Below are positions 49,260-58,543 of a stretch of DNA of 64,000 nt, piece by piece. The DNA lies in NCBI GenBank assembly GCA_963674945.2, contig CAXXWQ010000003.1, positions 2,304,001 to 2,368,000 on the forward strand. The letters are read 5' to 3'. The stretch is from an uncultured Desulfosarcina sp. Lineage in GTDB: Bacteria > Desulfobacterota > Desulfobacteria > Desulfobacterales > Desulfosarcinaceae. Position 1 is the stretch's first letter. Every line of letters begins with the position of its first letter. Both the position numbers and the translations under genes were made by a program. The notes beneath the pieces are model-generated. The model was not told where the DNA came from. It worked only from the letters and a program-made list of their open reading frames with translations, and did not search any database.

Positions 49260-51908
49260 ATGAATGCTCAGGAATTGATTGACGAGCTGAAAGCCCAAGG
49301 CATAACCCTTCAATGGGATGGCGCCAGCATAAATTGGGAGGCCCCTTTTGACTTCGTACCTCCGGAAGAAATCGTCGAGTTGGTCAAGAAAAACTGGGAT
49401 GAAATAATAAAGCGTATAAATGGCCCACCACCGGAATGGTTGCTTAGTGGAACGAATATCGTAAGATTAACCCAAGGTGATTGTCTCGGGGTAATGGGAA
49501 TGTATCCAGACAACCTTGTGGATCTAATCGTAACCGATCCGCCATATGGGTACCAGTTCATGGGAAAGGATTGGGATAAGGCGGTTCCCTCGGTTGAAAT
49601 ATGGAAGGAATGTTTGCGAGTGCTCAAACCGGGAGGGTTTGCCTTTATCATGTCTGCCCCTCGTCAAGACGTCTTGGCTCGGATGATCATAAATCTTGAG
49701 GATGCTGGATTCAGAACAGGGTTTACCTCGCTATACTGGACTTATGCGAGTGGATTTCCAAAAGCCCATAACATCAGTAGATCAATAGATAACCGTGATG
49801 GTTATAAAGGGAAAATAGTTGGCTATAAAAAAGGAGTCGGTGGCGAAAATATAAACGATATTGTCAGAGGAAAAAAAGTCAGGAATACTACAGAATCAGG
49901 AGCTAAGGGCGTCGGAGCCTATGGATGCGGTGCTAAACAGGTGAGCGTAAACGTTCCTATCAGGGAACCCTCAGAAAAAGCAAAACAATTCAATGGATCC
50001 TATGGTGGATACCAACCTAAACCAGCTGTCGAAGTCATCATAATCGCTCAGAAACCATTGTCAGAAAAAACATTTGTTGACCAAGCGCTTTCGAACAAAA
50101 AAGGAATTACTTGGTTGGACGATTGTAGAATTCCATACGGTAATGAATCTGTCTGGTCGGCAGAAGGAGGGGTTCAATGGTCTCCGGAGAAAAAGTGGAA
50201 TAAAATAGAAAAAAGAAGTGGCAATGAATCAGGCCGATTCCCTGCCAACCTATTGATTAGCGATAATGTACTTGACGATGGATTAGACCATACCAGCCAC
50301 CCCATGGATTGTGTCGCAAAAAATGATGGTGGCGTGTGCTATGGAAAATATTCACCTCACAGGGCATTCAATCCAGGTGACACTGGAGGCTATTCTCGTT
50401 TCTTCTCATTGGATGCTTGGATACAAAAAAATCAGCAAGAGGGTTTGAACTTCAATAACCTTGAGGAGATTGTACAGCACAACCTCCCTTTTATGATTAT
50501 TCCAAAGGCCTCAAAAAATGAAAAAAATTTTGGATGTGATGAATTAGATGAGAAACCAAGTGCTTCCTCAGAATTCAGACCGAACCATACGAAAAAGGCA
50601 AAGAAAGGTGAGAATGGCAATCCGTATGGTCGCTGGAAAAAGCTAATAAATAATCACCCTACGGTAAAGCCCATCCTGCTGATGTCCTACCTCATCACCA
50701 TGGGAAGCCGTGAGGGTGACATAGTCCTCGACCCTTTTTGTGGTTCTGGGACAACCTGTTTGGCCGCGCGTCTCTTGAAACGGCCGTGCATAGGCATTGA
50801 AAAAGACCCTGGATATGCAAAAATCGCTGCCGCAAGAATACGGGAGTTGACTCTGCTGTCTTATATCAAGCAGGGACAACAGAAAAGAACCAATACAAAA
50901 TCTAAGGGAAGGGATCACAATCCTGTAAAAAGGACGAGTGCTGGTAAGACAGTCATCTTCCACGACAAATCTGGTATCGCCCTTACAAAACAGACTAAAA
51001 TCGACAGCCATAATTTCCCGTTCACTTTGAATACAGGCATCGGCTGTCATTTTGGTTGCCGGTATTGCTATCTCCAAGGGTATCCGTTCAATCGGCACGC
51101 CAAATTCCCCGTTGAGGCCAAAGTCAAGCTCTGGATTGCCGACAAATTGGACAAGGAACTCGGAAAATACAAGCACCTTCCTCAACATCTGAAACGAGTA
51201 CAGGTAAACGTTGCCGCAGAAGGATACCTGCCGTTAGTGATGTCAAAAGTGAAAAAAGAAAAAAACCGAGACATCATGGCCGAGGTGCTTCAAGTTTTCA
51301 GAAAGCACTGGGAAAAAGGCAACCATTGGATGGTGCACCTGATTACTAAAAGCCACATGGTCCTCAAACATCTCGACATCATCAGCGCCATGAAAGATCA
51401 GGTCCAGCTTGAATTAACCATCACCACTCTTGATGAAAATCGCAGACGAAAGATGGAGGGATTGGCACCATCGGTCGCGAAACGCTTGCAAGTGATAAGA
51501 AGATTTTCCTCCGCCGGCGTTTTCGTTCGCGCCATGTGCATGCCGCTGATCGGTGACCGAAAAGATGCCGAGACTATCAAGGCTGCCTGTTTTGAAAATG
51601 GCGCACGGGCCTTCAAACACAAGGGCGTCAACTATTGGGATGAAAAAGCCTTGCTGAATGGTGAAACTACGAAAGCTACCGGTCGGCATGACGATGTTTT
51701 CGAAGACCTTTTGGTAAAAAGCTGCGAACCATACCGGGTCGATAGTGAAATCCAGAAAATGACAGTCAAGATGCCGGTTATCGTGAATTCTGGGAAGACG
51801 AAACGTTGGAAGGGTTACAAAGAAGAGAACCTTGAAGATCGTGAAATGACTATGGAGGTATCTGGATATTCGGAGATCAATGACATTGATTGGGGATATG
51901 TAAAATAA
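49260..51908 (+). CDS. Fusion of TubC_N-like domain, beta-class N4C/N6A DNA methyltransferase and SplB/Rv2578c-like radical SAM domain
   Basis: TDPPY precedes HPTVKP and DPFCGSGTT (beta order); C-terminal GCHFGCRYCY (CxxxCxxC), ITKS, TITTLD...APSVAKRL. Confidence 0.85.
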   Translation: MNAQELIDELKAQGITLQWDGASINWEAPFDFVPPEEIVELVKKNWDEIIKRINGPPPEWLLSGTNIVRLTQGDCLGVMGMYPDNLVDLIVTDPPYGYQFMGKDWDKAVPSVEIWKECLRVLKPGGFAFIMSAPRQDVLARMIINLEDAGFRTGFTSLYWTYASGFPKAHNISRSIDNRDGYKGKIVGYKKGVGGENINDIVRGKKVRNTTESGAKGVGAYGCGAKQVSVNVPIREPSEKAKQFNGSYGGYQPKPAVEVIIIAQKPLSEKTFVDQALSNKKGITWLDDCRIPYGNESVWSAEGGVQWSPEKKWNKIEKRSGNESGRFPANLLISDNVLDDGLDHTSHPMDCVAKNDGGVCYGKYSPHRAFNPGDTGGYSRFFSLDAWIQKNQQEGLNFNNLEEIVQHNLPFMIIPKASKNEKNFGCDELDEKPSASSEFRPNHTKKAKKGENGNPYGRWKKLINNHPTVKPILLMSYLITMGSREGDIVLDPFCGSGTTCLAARLLKRPCIGIEKDPGYAKIAAARIRELTLLSYIKQGQQKRTNTKSKGRDHNPVKRTSAGKTVIFHDKSGIALTKQTKIDSHNFPFTLNTGIGCHFGCRYCYLQGYPFNRHAKFPVEAKVKLWIADKLDKELGKYKHLPQHLKRVQVNVAAEGYLPLVMSKVKKEKNRDIMAEVLQVFRKHWEKGNHWMVHLITKSHMVLKHLDIISAMKDQVQLELTITTLDENRRRKMEGLAPSVAKRLQVIRRFSSAGVFVRAMCMPLIGDRKDAETIKAACFENGARAFKHKGVNYWDEKALLNGETTKATGRHDDVFEDLLVKSCEPYRVDSEIQKMTVKMPVIVNSGKTKRWKGYKEENLEDREMTMEVSGYSEINDIDWGYVK

Positions 51909-52000
51909 TTGATTTTAAGCCAAGCTAAAGTCTAATCGGGTATCTTAGATCGCACTAAAATAAAATCAAAATATTAACTCCAAATTAAGGGGACTATACC

Positions 52001-52591
52001 ATGGACATTTTTCCATTTGAAGACGAGACAGAATACAGATACGAGATACCATATAACATATTTGGAGGCGGACCTATCGAAACTGCACGAAGAAATGACT
52101 ATATAAATGCACTTAGAAGAGGAGCTTTGAAAAGAAATGGTAATTTTACGATTCTCCGGCATATAGGAGAACATTTTTTAACGGATACAAATGATGTCCC
52201 AAATGAAGACATACTGATTATAAAAACTTACGGAAAGATACCATTGCCAGAAAAAGCTTTGAAGCTTTTCGTTGATTATTTATCCCAAGAATCTCTTTAT
52301 GTGGGAGAAGGGGACCAATGGAAAAAATATCTACATAATGAGCAACCAAGATCTTTGACTGAGGATGATGTCAATGGGATTGAACATGGACATGGTTCCT
52401 ATTCCGTTTACGAGATCAAACATAATGACGATGGAATGATCTATTTAAAAGCTGATCATTTTGGCTATGAAGGATCTTCAAAAGAAAGCATAGAACTGAA
52501 AAAAAATGATATTAATACAATCATATCATTGGGTGATGAAGCATTAAAAAAACTCCAAGATACATACACAGATATTGTTGGTCGTGCTTAA
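52001..52591 (+). CDS. Hypothetical protein
   Basis: 196-aa ORF with AAGGGG RBS; no recognised motif. Confidence 0.6.
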   Translation: MDIFPFEDETEYRYEIPYNIFGGGPIETARRNDYINALRRGALKRNGNFTILRHIGEHFLTDTNDVPNEDILIIKTYGKIPLPEKALKLFVDYLSQESLYVGEGDQWKKYLHNEQPRSLTEDDVNGIEHGHGSYSVYEIKHNDDGMIYLKADHFGYEGSSKESIELKKNDINTIISLGDEALKKLQDTYTDIVGRA

Positions 52592-52735
52592 TAACCTGTA
52601 TAATAAACTCGCAAAATGAAAAAATGAAATCGAGATACCAGATGGTCCTCGGTTCAAACTTTAAATTCTTACGAGAAGATCAACACATTTATTAACGTTT
52701 TCATTATCTCCAGGATATGATTTTCGGAGGATCAT

Positions 52736-53333
52736 ATGCCCATCTATGAAAAAAGCACTAATCAACTGCTGACGGAATATATCACCGAAAATTGCAAACC
52801 AGGAGAGACTATCAACAAGGAAGAAATTGTTGACTGGTTTTCACGAAACTATCCTAGAATCAAATCAAACACAGTCGGATGCCATATCATTAAATTTACC
52901 ACCAACCATCGGACAAGGATTCACTACGGTGCAAATCCCAGGTGTGACATGCTGTTTCAGCTCCCAGATAAAAGATTGCGCTTGTACATTCCACCAGATA
53001 GAACCAGGGCTACAACTCTATCGTGATGAAGAGGACAATACGATTACTGGTGTCGAATTCGATGCCGGTGGCAGACGTATTGATATTCTTGCTGCTGATA
53101 AAGAAAACAATCCAGTTATTATCGAATTGAAGGTTTCAAGAGGTTACGAGCGGACGGTGGGCCAATTGCTCCGATACAAGGCTTGGGTCAGGGAAAATAT
53201 AGCGGAAGGCCACAAGGTTCGAGGCGTAATCATAGCGAAATCTATCAGCCCCGACCTGAAAATGGCGGTGAGTGAAATCCAGGATATCGATATTTTTGAA
53301 TACGAACTAAAACTCGAACTCAAAAAGATTTAG
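52736..53333 (+). pseudogene. NucS/EndoMS-like PD-(D/E)xK nuclease with N-terminal HTH-like domain, frameshifted
   Basis: N-terminal part in one frame; IEPGLQLY...RRIDILAAD...IIELKVSRG...VGQLLRY in another frame; junction near 52990. Confidence 0.72.
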
Positions 53334-54027
53334 TGGTTTTTGCCTTTTTTTTCTCGGGCCACCGCATCACTTCATCAATGACTGGTTCCGGTAACGGGCG
53401 GGGCAAGATGATCGTACCCAGACCGTCCCTGCCCCCGACTTCAGTTCCCCTGCCCTCTTCGAATTCCCTCATAGTTGCAGCAGCCACCCACGCATCCAGC
53501 ATGTCCTTGGGACCGGGTGAGCAGGCAGAAAAATCGGCGTCTATGCGGACATCCTTGTTGCCTTGAAGCAGAGTATAAGAAGCTGTGGGGAAAACTTCAT
53601 GGACTGTCGCAAGACCATTATCAAGGGCTTCGTAAAGCCTGAAACCCAGTTGCATCCATTCGGGAGCTTCATCTTCCAAGGGTGTCCATTGAGGATTAGC
53701 GATTCGGTGTGCGCTGATGACAACTTCACAGTGCCGGCCGTAGCCTCTTTGGGCATTCCGTTTTTCCCATCGCTGATGGTTTCCGTTCCAATACCAATTG
53801 CGAGGCAAAACGAGTGGCATTCGGGGAGCATCGATACCAACAACGACTTGGCCTGATCCAGATATTCTCTTTACCAGATCGACTGCATCGGCTTCAGCTT
53901 TGGAGAACCAGCCAGATTCGATCAAAGTGCCGGTATTGTCGATGACGGCGTAGCTGCAGTTTCGACGGATTTGGATGTCTATTCCAATAAAGAAACGACA
54001 ACTTGCCTGGTCTGTAGGTTGAATCAT
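53320..54027 (-). CDS. DUF429-family predicted nuclease (RNase H-like fold)
   Basis: FIGIDI, VGIDAP, HEVFP, DMLDAWVAA, G.DG.GTIILP. Confidence 0.75.
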   Translation of the reverse strand: MIQPTDQASCRFFIGIDIQIRRNCSYAVIDNTGTLIESGWFSKAEADAVDLVKRISGSGQVVVGIDAPRMPLVLPRNWYWNGNHQRWEKRNAQRGYGRHCEVVISAHRIANPQWTPLEDEAPEWMQLGFRLYEALDNGLATVHEVFPTASYTLLQGNKDVRIDADFSACSPGPKDMLDAWVAAATMREFEEGRGTEVGGRDGLGTIILPRPLPEPVIDEVMRWPEKKKAKTTKSF

Positions 54028-54030
54028 TTC

Positions 54031-54180
54031 CTAATATTCACATCCATACTTTTCGACGAAACGATCAACAACCTCCCCAAGATCGGGTGTCAATTTCTTC
54101 AAAGCTTCTAAAACAATCATTTCAGGGACTTTCTCATAAAAAGCCTGAACTATACCACCAGCAATCCAGGCCATTGTATC
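54031..54180 (-). pseudogene. C-terminal remnant of an ADP-ribosylglycohydrolase-family gene
   Basis: Manual translation DTMAWIAGGIVQAFYEKVPEMIVLEALKKLTPDLGEVVDRFVEKYGCEY-stop resembles the (GGDS)DTxAxIAGGIAxAFY ARH C-terminus. Confidence 0.65.
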
Positions 54181-54194
54181 CTTTAGAACAGGCC

Positions 54195-56798
54195 TTACTC
54201 GTCCCCCCCAGCTTCACTTGCAATGGCACCTATAAGGCCGCTTTTGCCTTTGGAGTACATAAAGTCCACAATTCCCTGAATGAGCCCGTCAATCTGGGCC
54301 AAAATGTTAGGCTGATCCCGTACGATAGCCCTGGCTTTTTTCAGGCAATTCTCCACTTCCTTAAACAGGCTTACATCTCTGGGGTTTTCCGGGTCCATGA
54401 ACTCAGGCTCCTTGATCCTAAACCTGAGCAGTGCAAGAAAGAGTAAAGCCCCTTGAAAAAAGATTTGCGCGATCGTCCTATTATTCACTTGCTTACGTAT
54501 GGCTTCAGCCGCCCGCTTGGCGAAATGCACTGCCATATCACTTTCCAGTGCATCATAGGCATCTTCTCGATAAGCCAATACCCGTGCCAAAGCTTTTGAG
54601 GATTGTAGAGTAAACGGGTTATTTACGCCACTTATGGATCTCCGGTAAATAGCATCAAATAAAGCTGCAAAATGTTGCTTGCTATTGAAGCATCTGCTTG
54701 CCGCTTCAGCAAAATAGCGCCAAGTATTACCATAATTATTTCCCTCATAGGTCAAAAAATAATGCATTAAATAATCTGATATTGCTTCGGGGGTTTTACC
54801 CCAAAGCCATGTTGCCCTCACAACGTATTTTATCGCTTCAGAAGGTGGATTTCGGCTATGAAGAAACTCGTTTGCTCTGGATTCTATTTTGGAGGCAATC
54901 GCCGTCACTAATGTGTCACCATATTCAGATCCGGAGATTCCATTCTCATCTATTCTCTTTCTCGTTTCAAATATGTTTGTTTCCTGATCAAAAAAAGAAG
55001 AACATAATACCCTCTTCATTTCGTCCAATTTTTCTATAAAATAGCTTCGTGAAACATCCTCCGAAAGTGCAATGAACCCTTTGAACCTGGTATCCGTAAA
55101 GGCATCCTTGCTCGTGGCAACCTCGTAGTGCAAAGTCTCTGGCCATCGTAGCTCTGGTTCTGGCAGGTCCTTTTCCTCCACCTTGATCATATTAGAATAA
55201 TCGAAAACCCTTGCTCTGCCTTGGAATGTTTCCTCCTTTTCGGGAACGATGACAACGCGGGCCAGTCCACTGGCAGGGCGCATCTCCACTTCAATTGTCA
55301 ATTTGACGTCTCTGGCTGGAATGGAAGGGAATTTCACCTCGCCGTAGCGGTACGGCGACTCGGTCCCTGTTTCCTGAGCGTCCTTGCGCATATAGACATG
55401 CAAGGCATCGGTATGTTTTTTCAGGAAAAAACGGTTCGGAATGCTGCGGGTGTAGGTTTTACCTCCGGCGCACTCCTTGGCTTCCACAATATCCATCCAC
55501 TCCAACCCACCCCCAACTTTTTCCGCATACAATGCCAGCCTTGGCAAGGTGTCCAAGTATGTGGGAAGCCCCGCAGCCAGGCGCCGGCCGAAGAGCCTTG
55601 CACCCGTTGCGACAGGGTCCTCTTCTGCACTTGCCAGCCAAATTGTATCTGGGCAAGCGTCTGGCCGGCATGGAAGGTTTATGAGTGCTTCTTGAATCCA
55701 TGCCTGAGTAGTTACAGGGCAAAGCGGCCCGCAGATCACCGCCCCGCGCAGGCGGCCATTGCGCTGCAACAAGGCTCGGCTCAGCGAGGCAGTTAAGTGC
55801 TGTCCCCAGGTTTCCTCCTTAATTTCGCGCTTGCGAGGGAGAATAGAACTGGATGTCTTGACCAAATCCAGCAGCAGGTCGCCGCCATCGGTGACGCAGC
55901 AGACAGACTCTGCAAACAGTTTCTTTGGAGGGTGCCAGTACCTCCACCCGTCAGCAGTGGACCAGGCTCGCGGAAGCTCGTGTTTTTTCCATGGTCTGCC
56001 AGCAATGGCGGCCCATAGTTCGGGAAAGTTGGTGAAAGTTTGCCAAAACGCCCCATGATCTATCGAGCATATTGGGTCCGCCTTGGCGGATAGGGCGCAA
56101 GCCCACTGCCAGCCAGCAGGACCGGGCGAGTGCCGGGGACGATTGCGTACGGGTAATATGAAGCGGTTGCCGCCGAAGACCTCTTCACGCAGTTCGAATG
56201 TCATGAAATCCATTCCGTCTGGCCCGATGTATACCACCAGCATCCAATCGCCAGTTTCCAAATCCTCGGGCATGGCCTTGTCCAGCCACTCCATGGCAGC
56301 GGCCACGGTGCGCCAGACCATTGAGATCCTGTGCCTGACGCCGCCAAATGCCCGGAGCAGCGTTTCCTGATGGTATTCGTCTAAATGGTCGGGAATGGCT
56401 ACTACCGCCCGGTTATCATTCTTAGCGTCAAAACCGCTGCCATGCAACAGGTCCTTCAGGTGGGCTGCCATGATGGAAGCGAGCGGAATCGAGACACCGC
56501 CTCCCACGTTCCAGCGGACCGGAACTGTAGTGTCTCCCGCGTCCACCAGCAGTGACCAGGCCACGGGAATAGGCACTCGCCGTAGCGGTTCGCCGGGCTT
56601 AACCCTCGCCTCGGGGGGCCAGTATAAACCGGAATGCACGCGCTCCTGCTCGGCCTCATCGCCGGTTCGGATCTGGCCAAGAGCGCGCTTGGGCAACACT
56701 GCGTCCGCCACGTAAAAACCGCTTGTCTTGAGCACGCCATCCAGATCAGCAACACAGTCGTTCAAGCCGAAAGCAGATACACCATACACGCTGGTCAT
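54195..56798 (-). CDS. Divergent Hsp70/actin-fold protein with novel C-terminal helical domain
   Basis: VVAIPDHL..HQETLLRA, RTVAAAMEWL, VVYIGPDGMD and DPVATGA occur in the order of DnaK motifs; ATG 56798 overlaps the upstream TGA. Confidence 0.6.
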   Translation of the reverse strand: MTSVYGVSAFGLNDCVADLDGVLKTSGFYVADAVLPKRALGQIRTGDEAEQERVHSGLYWPPEARVKPGEPLRRVPIPVAWSLLVDAGDTTVPVRWNVGGGVSIPLASIMAAHLKDLLHGSGFDAKNDNRAVVAIPDHLDEYHQETLLRAFGGVRHRISMVWRTVAAAMEWLDKAMPEDLETGDWMLVVYIGPDGMDFMTFELREEVFGGNRFILPVRNRPRHSPGPAGWQWACALSAKADPICSIDHGAFWQTFTNFPELWAAIAGRPWKKHELPRAWSTADGWRYWHPPKKLFAESVCCVTDGGDLLLDLVKTSSSILPRKREIKEETWGQHLTASLSRALLQRNGRLRGAVICGPLCPVTTQAWIQEALINLPCRPDACPDTIWLASAEEDPVATGARLFGRRLAAGLPTYLDTLPRLALYAEKVGGGLEWMDIVEAKECAGGKTYTRSIPNRFFLKKHTDALHVYMRKDAQETGTESPYRYGEVKFPSIPARDVKLTIEVEMRPASGLARVVIVPEKEETFQGRARVFDYSNMIKVEEKDLPEPELRWPETLHYEVATSKDAFTDTRFKGFIALSEDVSRSYFIEKLDEMKRVLCSSFFDQETNIFETRKRIDENGISGSEYGDTLVTAIASKIESRANEFLHSRNPPSEAIKYVVRATWLWGKTPEAISDYLMHYFLTYEGNNYGNTWRYFAEAASRCFNSKQHFAALFDAIYRRSISGVNNPFTLQSSKALARVLAYREDAYDALESDMAVHFAKRAAEAIRKQVNNRTIAQIFFQGALLFLALLRFRIKEPEFMDPENPRDVSLFKEVENCLKKARAIVRDQPNILAQIDGLIQGIVDFMYSKGKSGLIGAIASEAGGDE

Positions 56799-58540
56799 AC
56801 CAGTTCTCCCAGTACTTCTTCGATGACAAGGGCAATCCACTCCACAGACTCAGCCCATAGCTGCTGTTTGGTTGGGATCTCAACAAGATGTACACGTCCC
56901 TCCCTTGAAGGGATCAAATCAGGCTTCAATACCTCCATGTCACTGGCAACCACGAAAGCACGCAGATCAGGGAATCCCTGTGCCCGATCGCTTAGAAACA
57001 TACTGTGTCTGTTGAGTGCGACCGCTGCAGAATCTGCAATAGTCTGCCATGAAGGACGAATAGAAGGGGTACAGGCAGCGGTATGTACTGCCCACACGAC
57101 AACAACTGTTTGCTTTGAACCGTCCAGTGGGCTGAACACTAAGTAGAGGTGGCCGCCCATTCGCCCAAAATGCCTCGTCACCTTGTGCTCTTTGGCCAGG
57201 TCGGGATGAACGACTTCCAGGGCTACGGCCCTGCCTGCCATCCCATTCGGAGGACGGACGAGGAAAGGCCCCGGTTCAGAGCCACGCTCGATGCGCGTTC
57301 CCAGCCGCTGCTCGGGTAGAATTTCGAATACTGAAGCCAGTGTTTCCTCGAATCGATACCCTACCTGTCCAGATGTCTCGCCCCGCAAGGCCATGAGTGC
57401 GGCGTTCACCAGCATGCGGCTAATGTCGGCCCAAGTACGGGCCTGCCAGTCCCACAAGCGGTCCTCCTCGTCCTCCTGACGCAGCAGCTTGAGGTAAAAA
57501 TCCCATATTCGCTTGTAGCGGACGTCGTTCTGCAGCACATAATTTGGTTTCGGAACGGAGGGAGGTCTGGTGATGTTTGCCAACTGTGGTAATTGCCTGA
57601 GCTCAGCGCAGATGTTGCCGAAGGAATTAACTTTGTTGCCACGCTCTGAATACATGCGCTGCTCCGGGGTGCAGTCAAAGTTTAGATAACGGCGAGACTC
57701 CAGGCGGCAGCGGACCAGGAAGTCCTTGAGCACCTTGTTTTCCAGAGTATCCAACGACTCTCGGCGCGAAACGCCCATAAGTTGATGCCGGTTAGTAGCT
57801 GCCTTTTCTGTAGATGTGGTGCCAGGCTGTCGCATGTACCATTGCAGGCAAGTGGCGTCGGTCTCGGCAACGCGCGGTGCTGGCATCATCTTTCGTTCGC
57901 GTACCAGGATACGCCTTGCGGCATGCACAACGCCGGGCAACTGCTGGCGCATAGCGTCCGCGATATGCACGATGAGCGCCATACGCGGCTCATTTTCACT
58001 CTGGGCGAGCTTTTTTATGTAATCTACAATGTTTGACCATGGCAGCTTGCCTTCGCGATGGGTTTCCTTGGACTCCAGAATACACTCGTCAAAAAAATTG
58101 GACCAAGCCAGGATGGTGCGGTAAAGTGGGCTTTCGTCCCATTTGCCATTAATATTTTCTGCGCTCGGTACTGCGTATGAGGTGGAAAGATATACCTCAC
58201 GAGCGCCCTCTTTACTATGGATGGCCAGGGCCGTCTTTATGGAGCTATCATCGTTTCTGTTTGGTGTTTTAAGTTTTTGCGACACGGCCTTCTTGGCAAC
58301 GACGCCATGTGGCGTCTGGTAGAGCCGATATGCGCCGTCTGCCGCCTTAAACCTTGGCCCAAAGGGCTGAAAACGTTCGTAACGCCTGGTCAGTAGTACA
58401 GTGGTGTTTTCGGATACCGAGAGTACCGGGCTGCCGTAAAATGGCACGGTGACCGGCCCGTAGATGAGGTTAACGGTTTCGTCCCCGTTGCCTACGGACC
58501 ATGGCCACAGATGCAGTTGGACGTCCACGGCACCGTTCAT
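56795..58540 (-). CDS. McrC-like DUF2357 protein
   Basis: SLDTLENKVLK, PNYVLQNDVRYKRIW; directly downstream of an McrB-like GTPase. Confidence 0.75.
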   Translation of the reverse strand: MNGAVDVQLHLWPWSVGNGDETVNLIYGPVTVPFYGSPVLSVSENTTVLLTRRYERFQPFGPRFKAADGAYRLYQTPHGVVAKKAVSQKLKTPNRNDDSSIKTALAIHSKEGAREVYLSTSYAVPSAENINGKWDESPLYRTILAWSNFFDECILESKETHREGKLPWSNIVDYIKKLAQSENEPRMALIVHIADAMRQQLPGVVHAARRILVRERKMMPAPRVAETDATCLQWYMRQPGTTSTEKAATNRHQLMGVSRRESLDTLENKVLKDFLVRCRLESRRYLNFDCTPEQRMYSERGNKVNSFGNICAELRQLPQLANITRPPSVPKPNYVLQNDVRYKRIWDFYLKLLRQEDEEDRLWDWQARTWADISRMLVNAALMALRGETSGQVGYRFEETLASVFEILPEQRLGTRIERGSEPGPFLVRPPNGMAGRAVALEVVHPDLAKEHKVTRHFGRMGGHLYLVFSPLDGSKQTVVVVWAVHTAACTPSIRPSWQTIADSAAVALNRHSMFLSDRAQGFPDLRAFVVASDMEVLKPDLIPSREGRVHLVEIPTKQQLWAESVEWIALVIEEVLGELV

Positions 58541-58543
58541 GGT

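Larger units (their letters stand above)
46138..49263 (+). pseudogene. Amidohydrolase-like/ParB-like fusion interrupted by IS1595
   Basis: Removing 47492-48547 gives an in-frame 689-aa ORF (…SIQNNK|IKEAVH…). N-terminal IAPHG, NLNR, WIHG, SIQIEI; ParB motifs LVESV…GVLNNIIV, YQLISGFRR, ENLARKDL. Confidence 0.85.

Noticed and set aside
48514..49263. Independent 249-aa gene
   Set aside because: It is the 3' part of the IS-split ParB fusion, and its GTG start lies in the IS end.
53320..54027. DUF429 as sixth gene of the McrBC/Hsp70 system
   Set aside because: It is separated by an ADP-ribosylglycohydrolase remnant that points to an older operon; membership unproven.
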